39,507 nucleotides of DNA from a virus (taxonomy: Duplodnaviria; Caudoviricetes), in IMG/VR virus record IMGVR_UViG_3300033067_000354, positions 1-39,507 of that record; one strand, given 5' to 3'. The notes beneath the pieces are model-generated. The model was not told the origin of the DNA, searched no databases, and was given only the letters and a program-made list of their open reading frames with translations. Made by a program: the position numbers and the translations under genes. Positions 8,462 through 15,185 of the stretch are shown here, one piece after another; position 1 is the stretch's first letter, and each line of letters starts with the position of its first letter.

Positions 8462-9081
8462 GGCGCACCCCGTCTGGTTTTCATTCGCAGGCCCGCGCCG
8501 CCGTATTTGGCCGCGTCGGAACTGGTGTTCAGCGTGTCCAGCCCCAGCTTGAACATGCTCTCCCAAACGCCCAGTCGGGCGTCGTCTTTGAGGTAGGGGG
8601 CCGAATGCAGCAGCGCCCCGTAGAGGTAGACGTCCGGTGCCTCCGTCAGCAGCCAGTTCGTCGTGTTGCTGTCCGACAGCGCCGGGACGCGGCCATAGTA
8701 GACCAGCGAGGCGTCATAGGTGTCGTCGGGCGTCGGGAACAGTTCCAGCGCGCCGCCCGTCAGGGCGTAATACTGGGGCCGACCGACGCGGTCGTTCCGA
8801 TCCTGCCGCATCTGCAGCATCTGGGCCGTGCTGACAGGCGCGATCTCGCCCGTGAACGTGTCCAGCAATTGAAGCCGGATCGGGCGCAGGAAATCGGACG
8901 GGATGGTGCTGTATTGGGCATCCAGCGTGGCCGTGCTGCGCCGTTCCTGCCGCCAATGCGTCAGATCCCGGTCGATCCGGGCCTCGCACAGGCGAATGAA
9001 CGTCGGGATCACCGCCGTCAGGTCGTCGCGGTTCAGGAAATCCGCGACCGCGCCCTTCAATTCGTCGTAGTCAGCGATCAT
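8458..9081 (-). CDS. Head-tail adaptor protein
   Basis: 207 aa; YDELKGAVADFLNRDDL..IPTFIRLCEA and TNWLL..APDVYLYGALL..APYLKDD motifs. Confidence 0.8.
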   Translation of the reverse strand: MIADYDELKGAVADFLNRDDLTAVIPTFIRLCEARIDRDLTHWRQERRSTATLDAQYSTIPSDFLRPIRLQLLDTFTGEIAPVSTAQMLQMRQDRNDRVGRPQYYALTGGALELFPTPDDTYDASLVYYGRVPALSDSNTTNWLLTEAPDVYLYGALLHSAPYLKDDARLGVWESMFKLGLDTLNTSSDAAKYGGAGLRMKTRRGAP

Positions 9082-9461
9082 TCCTCGGCCTCGTAATCCT
9101 TGCGCTCCCACGCCTGACATGTCCGCAGGTTGTGGCAGATGAAATCGAACTTGTGGCAGTAGCCGCGCCCGCCGCCGTCCGCGTCCAGCGCGTCAAACGG
9201 GATCTTCTCCGTGGCGCGCATCATCTCCGGGGTATTCTCGAAATATTCGCAGTTGGCGCACAGTTGCCTGCGCGCCTCGCCCTCACTGATGCCCCACACC
9301 TCGGCCAGATCCTGCCAATACGGGGCGTTGGCACCCGGCTTCGGGCTGGCCTTTTGGGGGCCAAGCATCCAGTTGTCCCGCACGCGCTGAAGGTTGGCGC
9401 GGTTGGTCTTTGCGTCCACGATTTTCGGCGTCGTGATCCGTCCCATGGAAGCGTCAGCCAT
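9078..9461 (-). CDS. Cys-motif protein with HiPIP-like C-terminal pattern
   Basis: CANCEYF...GYCHKFDFICHNLRTCQAW; translationally coupled on both sides. Confidence 0.6.
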   Translation of the reverse strand: MADASMGRITTPKIVDAKTNRANLQRVRDNWMLGPQKASPKPGANAPYWQDLAEVWGISEGEARRQLCANCEYFENTPEMMRATEKIPFDALDADGGGRGYCHKFDFICHNLRTCQAWERKDYEAEE

Positions 9462-9598
9462 CACTTTTTGCCCTTTTTGGCCTTGCCCGCCTTGGACAGG
9501 GCGATGGCGATGGCCTGCTTCTGCGGCTTGCCCGCCTTCATCTCGGCGCGGATGTTACCAGAGATGACCTTCTGGGACGACCCCCTTTTCAGCGGCAT
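9461..9598 (-). CDS. Small basic phage protein (not in ORF track)
   Basis: 45 aa [45 protein letters not shown]; exactly fills the gap between its neighbours. Confidence 0.8.
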   Translation of the reverse strand: MPLKRGSSQKVISGNIRAEMKAGKPQKQAIAIALSKAGKAKKGKK

Positions 9599-9599
9599 G

Positions 9600-10079
9600 T
9601 CAGCGTACCCCTCGCACGGCCTTTGCGGCCTTCCCCAGACCCGGCACGATGTCCAGCAGGCCGAAGCCTGCGTTCATCGCGGCGTTCCCATAGTTGCCCT
9701 GCTCCGCGTCCCGGCGCGCCTGATCTGCGCTGATGCCACCGCCGATGAACGGGACAAAGTCCAGCAGCCCCGCGACCCTTTTGGCGTCCTGATAGGCCGC
9801 GCGCTCATCCGTCGCCACGCCCGGAAACATGCCGCGAAAGCCCTGCATCGCGGGCGTCATCTTGCCCGCCAGCCACTCCACCGTCGTCGGTTCTGCGCTG
9901 GCGATGGTGGGTGCCATCTGCTGCTCGTAGTCGGCCTGCTCCTGCGTCCAGATTGGGCGCAGGAGGTCATCGATGCGATACAGTTCGTCCATCTCGGCCT
10001 GCCGGATGTCGCCGCTGTCCATCAGCGACGCCAGTCTCTGGTAGGTGTATTCGAGGTTGGCGCGTTCTGCGGGTGTCAC
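9600..10079 (-). CDS. Hypothetical protein with pre-toxin-like helical motif
   Basis: 159 aa; [10 protein letters not shown]...[17 protein letters not shown]. Confidence 0.6.
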   Translation of the reverse strand: MTPAERANLEYTYQRLASLMDSGDIRQAEMDELYRIDDLLRPIWTQEQADYEQQMAPTIASAEPTTVEWLAGKMTPAMQGFRGMFPGVATDERAAYQDAKRVAGLLDFVPFIGGGISADQARRDAEQGNYGNAAMNAGFGLLDIVPGLGKAAKAVRGVR

Positions 10080-11506
10080 CGTTGCCGCCCCCCAAGATAC
10101 TGTTCGATCTCGGACGCTGCGGCCTCATCCGGCGACATGGACAGCAGCCCGCCCGCGCCCGCCGCGCCTGCCACCGACAGCGGTGCCCGGTTGATGGCGA
10201 AGTCATCGAACATCTCCCGCCGCGTCAGGCCGCGCTCCCCGGCGCGCTTGTCCAGCGCGCGGCGGAACAGGTCCATGAAGGTGCCTTGGCTGGCGTCGGC
10301 GAGGTTGGTGATGTCGCCAGCGCCCATCCAGAGGGCCGCTTGGAACTGCGCCGGGGTCATGTTGTACCGCTGGGCGACCGTCCGGGCCATGTTTTCATAG
10401 GCCCCGTATTCATTGGCCTCAGGTGTGTCTGCCCACGCGGACGGCGTCGATTTGAACATCGACGTGTCCTTGATCAGGCCGTCGCTGGCCGCTTTGGCGA
10501 GGTTCACCTCGTTCATCTCCTTGCCGTTCACCATGCGCGTGGAGATGTAGGGGGTGATCGCGTCGCCATAGGTCGCGCGCAGTTCATCCAACTGGGCGCG
10601 GTTCAGCTTGGCCTGCTTGTTCAGGAAATCGGTGCCGCCTTCCGCCATCGCCAGCATCCGCATGAAGTGCATGTCGGCGGCGATGTTGTCCTTGTTCCCG
10701 ACGAGGCTGTTGAAGAAACCCTTCACCTTCGGGTTGGCTTGCAGCCACTTGGTCAGGGCCGCGCCCTTCATGCCCGCAGGAACCTGCGTTTCCCACTCGC
10801 CTGCCGCTTGGTTGACGATGTTGCCGCCGTGACCGCGCTGCTTGAGGTGGCCGTAGGCGTAGTTTTCCGGGGTGTTGGGCACCTTAATGCCCAGTTTTTC
10901 CGCTGCAGCAACAGGCGTCAGGCCCTCATCCTTGACCAGTTGGCCGACGCGCGCCGCATCCGGTCCGAGGGCGCGGTAGAAGCTGGCGATCCGCATGTTT
11001 TCAGGCACCTTCGACCCGGTCGAGGTGGCCCCGATTTTCATCATGTAGTCCATCCACTCGGCGTTGCCGCGCTCTTCGCCGAGGCTCTCGACAAACCAGT
11101 TCCGCAACTCTTCGGTGTTGTACCAGTCCTCGCCGCCCAGCGTTTTTCCCTTTTCGATGTAGCGGTCGAAGATGGTGCCGATGGGGCTGTTGGGGTCGGT
11201 CGCCAGCGGGCCGAGGCGCTGCATGCGCTCAGACACGCCGCGCGCCGGGACGTAGCGGGGATAGCTGCCCAGAGAACGGTCAGGCGCGGCCCCACGGTAC
11301 TCCGGGCGCGATCCGGCAGGCAGGTCGATGCTGTCGAGGAGGCCGTTCATCGACGGGCCACCGTTGTCGCCGATCATCCCGCTGACGGGCGCGGCGGTCG
11401 GGCGCGGCGGCAGCGGCTTGGGCACCTTCGGTGCGGCCTTTGCGGCCTTGCCCACAGGCTTCGCGCCCTTGATGATCTTGCCCAGTACGTCGCCGAAATC
11501 AGCCAT
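10076..11506 (-). CDS. Putative internal virion effector with HhH-glycosylase-like (DUF7178-like) domain
   Basis: 476 aa; DWY...ATST....N...PKV.GF...L.G....ADMHFMR...TPAQFQAALW. Confidence 0.55.
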   Translation of the reverse strand: MADFGDVLGKIIKGAKPVGKAAKAAPKVPKPLPPRPTAAPVSGMIGDNGGPSMNGLLDSIDLPAGSRPEYRGAAPDRSLGSYPRYVPARGVSERMQRLGPLATDPNSPIGTIFDRYIEKGKTLGGEDWYNTEELRNWFVESLGEERGNAEWMDYMMKIGATSTGSKVPENMRIASFYRALGPDAARVGQLVKDEGLTPVAAAEKLGIKVPNTPENYAYGHLKQRGHGGNIVNQAAGEWETQVPAGMKGAALTKWLQANPKVKGFFNSLVGNKDNIAADMHFMRMLAMAEGGTDFLNKQAKLNRAQLDELRATYGDAITPYISTRMVNGKEMNEVNLAKAASDGLIKDTSMFKSTPSAWADTPEANEYGAYENMARTVAQRYNMTPAQFQAALWMGAGDITNLADASQGTFMDLFRRALDKRAGERGLTRREMFDDFAINRAPLSVAGAAGAGGLLSMSPDEAAASEIEQYLGGRQR

Positions 11507-11516
11507 GTGTCTGTCC

Positions 11517-12035
11517 TCAGTCCAAAAGGCCCATCGGGCGGGGCCGGGGGCGTGTCAGTTGCAGGAGGTCGATCTGCTGCGGCAGTTCCATCCCGGTTGC
11601 GTCGCGGTACAGCTTGCGAATGTGCCCCGCGTACTCTCTGGCCTGCTGGCCCATGTCCTGCGGACCCTTACCAGCCGCCAGAACGCTGTTCATCTCAATC
11701 GGGCCTGCGTTGTAGGCCGTCAGGGCGTTGTCCACGTTCCCGCCATAGGCCCGCATCAGATCCCGCAGGTAGGGGTCGCCGAGGGCCATGTTGATCTCAG
11801 GGTCGAACAGCAGCGACTTGGCCGTTTCCGGCGTCTCTGACGTCACGTCGTAGCCCATGCGGCGCGCCACATCGAAGACCGATGGGGCGCTGTCGCCGTA
11901 GAGGTCGTGGGCATGTTCAGGCTTGACCTGCATCAGGCCGACCGCGCCGCTCTTGGACACGGCCATCGGGTCGCCCCGGCTCTCGCGCTGGATCAGCGCG
12001 TTGATCAGGTCGCTGAACTGGAATTGATCGGCCAT
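11517..12035 (-). CDS. Lytic transglycosylase (SLT domain)
   Basis: RES (catalytic Glu), GAVGLMQV and ALTAYNAGP motifs. Confidence 0.92.
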   Translation of the reverse strand: MADQFQFSDLINALIQRESRGDPMAVSKSGAVGLMQVKPEHAHDLYGDSAPSVFDVARRMGYDVTSETPETAKSLLFDPEINMALGDPYLRDLMRAYGGNVDNALTAYNAGPIEMNSVLAAGKGPQDMGQQAREYAGHIRKLYRDATGMELPQQIDLLQLTRPRPRPMGLLD

Positions 12036-12382
12036 TACCTTACCCCGTAGCCCAGCGCGCTGGGCGGTGCCTGAATGGCGTTCTGGATGAGCCGCAGAAG
12101 CTGCTCATCGCTCAGTTGGCCCAGCGTCGTCGTCGTGATCGCGCCGGGGGCGTAGGGGTCCGCAGGCGGCTGCGCCGGGGTGGCTGCGACGGGTGCCATA
12201 GATGTGGGTCCAGACATCGGTCGCGGCGCTGGCCGCGCTGCGGATAGGCGATCCTGATAGCCCATCGGCCTGATGCCGAGGCTGTTCAGGAAATCAGATA
12301 GGGGTCCACCCTCGAAGGTCTGACCAGCGCGGCCCGCGCCGCCGCCGTCCAGCATGTCGATCAGGCCCAGATAGTTCGCCAT
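12035..12382 (-). CDS. Hypothetical protein coupled to terL
   Basis: ATG at 12382 overlaps the terL stop (TGATG); 115 aa MANYLGLIDMLDGGGAGRAGQTFEGGPLS... Confidence 0.65.
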   Translation of the reverse strand: MANYLGLIDMLDGGGAGRAGQTFEGGPLSDFLNSLGIRPMGYQDRLSAARPAPRPMSGPTSMAPVAATPAQPPADPYAPGAITTTTLGQLSDEQLLRLIQNAIQAPPSALGYGVR

Positions 12383-13791
12383 CAGGCGATCCCCTTCAAG
12401 TTTCGACGGATCGGTCGTCCCCAGTTGGTGGACGGCGACCCCAGTGACGTCGCGGCATCCCCGGCAAAGGTCAGGAAGACGGCGTCGGCCTTGTCCGGGC
12501 TGCGGAGGCCCCGGCGTCGCATGTCGTCCTTGCTCTCGGCCTTCATTTTGCCCGTGCTGGCGAAAGAATACCTGATGCTGGTCATCTCGGCAATCAATTC
12601 CCCGTCGCTCGGTAGGCGGCTCCCCCGCTGCTCCAGCCAGCCCCGGAAGCGGAAGATCAGTTCCGTCCTCAGGTTGTTGTACGTCGCCCCAAACGCGGGG
12701 GCCTCGCTGACGTTCACGGCACGGACGGGCAGGCCCAGTTCGCGCAGGCGGTCGTGCACGCCGCTGCCCAGACCGATGACGTCCACAAGGATCTCGCTGG
12801 GCCGCTCGGACGGCAGCAGGCCGTCGTATTGGGCCTTCACGCGGCCCACGGTCTGCATCAGATCCAGACCCTTCCACGTCTCCACCTCGGTGATGACTGG
12901 CCCCCGGCGCTTGGCCAGCGCCGTGCGGTCGCTGCCGAACCGCGCGACGTCCAGCCCCCAGACGGGCTTCGTCGTCGGGCTGGGCTGCACGTCGCGGGCC
13001 TTCGCGGCCTCGGCCAGATGCAGCGGGATGATCGTGTCGTCGTCGCCCAGCGGGAACTCACCCAGAACGCGGATGCGGTAGGCGTTGCTGTCGATGCCGT
13101 AGCGGGTGGCCATCTCCTCCACGAACTCCGCGCTGACGCGCTTGCTGTCGATGCAGGACCAGTGCAGCGTCAGCCAGTGGCTGGACAGGCGGGTGTGCGT
13201 CTCGAAGAACGTGCCGCTCGACCGCGTCGGGTTGCCCGCCAAGATCGTCGTCGCGCTGTGGCCCGACATGCTGCCGGACGCCGCCTCGAAGACCTGTTCC
13301 GGCACGCCGCTGGCCTCATCGACCACCAGCAGGACGTTGTCGCTGTGGACCCCGGCCAATGCTTCGGGCTGCTCGGCGCGGCTGGTCCGGGCCGAGATGA
13401 ACGCCTCGCTGGGCGCGGCGATCAGTTCGATCCTGTCCGTCTTCGTCTCCAGCAGCACCTTCAGCGCGGGCGGCAGTTCATTGATCCACCGCTTCAGTTC
13501 CGCGAACAGGGCGTCATAAAGCTGGGCCGTCGTCGGCGCGGTGACGACCACCTTGCACGGAAACCGGAACAGCACGAACCACAGCATCGACCAGCTAAGG
13601 CTGGTGGACTTGCCCGTGCCGTGGCCGCTGCGGACGCTGATCTTGCGCTCACCGCGCCCGACCGCCCGCAGCAGGTCGTCTTGGTAATCCTCAGGCGTCG
13701 CGCCGAGGATCTCGCGCACGAAGAGGCCGGGGCCTTCCTCCGTCGTGCCGTACCGGGCGATCATATCGTCAAACGGGTTGTCGGTCGTCAT
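12382..13791 (-). CDS. terL: Terminase large subunit
   Basis: Walker A SGHGTGKS, Walker B LLVVDEA, GNP motif, nuclease GLDVARFGSD and SPDKADA. Confidence 0.95.
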   Translation of the reverse strand: MTTDNPFDDMIARYGTTEEGPGLFVREILGATPEDYQDDLLRAVGRGERKISVRSGHGTGKSTSLSWSMLWFVLFRFPCKVVVTAPTTAQLYDALFAELKRWINELPPALKVLLETKTDRIELIAAPSEAFISARTSRAEQPEALAGVHSDNVLLVVDEASGVPEQVFEAASGSMSGHSATTILAGNPTRSSGTFFETHTRLSSHWLTLHWSCIDSKRVSAEFVEEMATRYGIDSNAYRIRVLGEFPLGDDDTIIPLHLAEAAKARDVQPSPTTKPVWGLDVARFGSDRTALAKRRGPVITEVETWKGLDLMQTVGRVKAQYDGLLPSERPSEILVDVIGLGSGVHDRLRELGLPVRAVNVSEAPAFGATYNNLRTELIFRFRGWLEQRGSRLPSDGELIAEMTSIRYSFASTGKMKAESKDDMRRRGLRSPDKADAVFLTFAGDAATSLGSPSTNWGRPIRRNLKGIA

Positions 13792-14252
13792 TCTGCCGTC
13801 CCCTCAATCGTGATCGCCGCGTCGCCGTCGCGCCGCTTCTTCAGGGCGTCCAGATGCAACTGGTTGATGTTGATCGTGACGGTCGGGCCGTTCTTGTTCT
13901 GCTGATACCGATCCGGGTTGTTCACCGTCGCCAGCCACTTCCTGACGTCGATGCGCTCCTTGGCCACCGCGATCTGCTCCCGCGTGATCCCGTCCGCATC
14001 GGCCAAGTTGTCCGCGATCTGCAGGGCCTCTTCCGCCAGCGCGTCGGCCTGCTCCCGGCGCGCCTCATCGATCATCGGCCTGTAATCTTCGTGGGCGTTC
14101 AGGTGTCGGCTCAGGTAGGTTCTGGAACAGCCCAGTTCGTTGGCCAGATCCAAGATCGTGCCGCCGCTGGCGATGTACTCTCTGACGTACTCAGGCCCGC
14201 CACGGTCGCCGATCTCGGCCAGCAGCCGCTTCTTCAGTGCTTTCCCCGCCAT
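13788..14252 (-). CDS. terS: Terminase small subunit
   Basis: Immediately upstream of and overlapping terL; N-terminal HTH; ADALAEEALQIAD...RIDVRKW motif. Confidence 0.8.
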   Translation of the reverse strand: MAGKALKKRLLAEIGDRGGPEYVREYIASGGTILDLANELGCSRTYLSRHLNAHEDYRPMIDEARREQADALAEEALQIADNLADADGITREQIAVAKERIDVRKWLATVNNPDRYQQNKNGPTVTININQLHLDALKKRRDGDAAITIEGTAE

Positions 14253-14463
14253 GTGCTACTCCATTGGTGCCTCGGTGATTGTGGGCGAAATCTCAAAAAT
14301 TTTCAAGGTGCGGGGGTTTCGTGGGTGGGGCGGGGGGTCGGGTGTTTGGTACTTGGTATGGGGTCGATCCGTGTCAGGCTGCATCGGCAGCGGCCCCCGC
14401 CTTAACCCCTCCGGGGCGGGGGGCCTCGCGTTTCCGTGGGCGTTTGGGGCGATCCGGGCCGCG

Positions 14464-14491
14464 TTCTCCGATAACCCACATTATGTAATAT
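14464..14491 (+). other. dif-like XerC/XerD recombination site
   Basis: TTCTCCGATAA-CCCACA-TTATGTAATAT: 11-6-11 layout with ATAA-N6-TTAT core; right arm close to the XerD arm TTATGTTAAAT. Confidence 0.65.
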
Positions 14492-14505
14492 GCGGTCGTC
14501 AATGA

Positions 14506-14518
14506 TATCAATGACTTA
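14506..14518 (+). promoter_or_regulatory. IHF-binding consensus site
   Basis: TATCAATGACTTA matches WATCAANNNNTTR exactly; AT-rich island in a GC-rich genome. Confidence 0.55.
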
Positions 14519-14652
14519 GCGTTTCATGCCTATCTCCGGTTGAGCGGATGACGTACCTCGACGGTGTCATCGTGCCTCGGCGACGGTGCCTCGGCCCTCG
14601 CGCGGGCGCGGGCGCTGCGAGGCGGCGTGCGTCGCAGAGGGGTTTGAGGTGG

Positions 14653-14722
14653 ACCAGACACCACGCACCATGCACCAGACACGCCTGCCGCCTGCCGCCT
14701 GCCGCCGCACCAGACACGCCTG
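14653..14722 (+). repeat. Short direct repeats in the non-coding region
   Basis: ACCAGACAC x3 (14653, 14674, 14709); GCACCAGACACGCCTG x2; (GCCTGCC)x3 at 14683-14703. Confidence 0.7.
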
Positions 14723-14898
14723 TCGCTGCCCCAGATCCTCGGCCCCGGAACGCAAACGGCGGCGACCCTGAGGATCGCCGCCGTCGCTGGCACTGCCACG
14801 GCCAGCAGCGGGAGGAAGCGACCGCTGGCGGGCACAGCCATAGCACGACGGGCGACGGGCACGCAACGGCCTCGGTCGGCCACAGCCCCGCCGCGACC

Positions 14899-15175
14899 CA
14901 CAACAGCACAACACCGAAAACCCCCAGATTTCATTACTCCTATAGAAAATACATAGTACACCAATATAGTACCTCTACACTACTACACTACCCTCTTATA
15001 TATCTTCCTATCCTTCCGGTATAGTAGTGGGTGTTGTGACTGTAGTGAAGCACCTAAACCCTTGAACCACATGACATTTCCGGCACAACAGCCACCCCGC
15101 CACCGCCTGTTGTGCCCGCCCGACCGGGTGAAGTGGGTGTTGTGGTCGTCACAACACCCTCTCCGCGCCACAACA
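14899..15175. other. Putative replication origin (CACAACA iterons around an AT-rich core)
   Basis: CACAACA forward at 14899, 14907, 15084, 15150, 15169 and reverse at 15032, 15108, 15138; AT-rich ~14916-15030; just downstream of the primase-helicase gene. Confidence 0.6.
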
Positions 15176-15185
15176 CCCGCTCACA

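Noticed and set aside
9911-11794. 627-aa plus-strand ORF
   Set aside because: Antisense to the 476-aa and SLT genes; typical shadow composition.
14300-14345. KOPS (GGGNAGGG) sites orienting FtsK toward the dif-like site
   Set aside because: The G-rich tract has GGGTGGGG and GGGCGGGG but no exact GGGNAGGG match.
14508-15024. ORFs in the terS-to-primase intergenic region
   Set aside because: Several overlapping low-complexity frames with no clear RBS or motifs; better explained as repeats and cis-elements.
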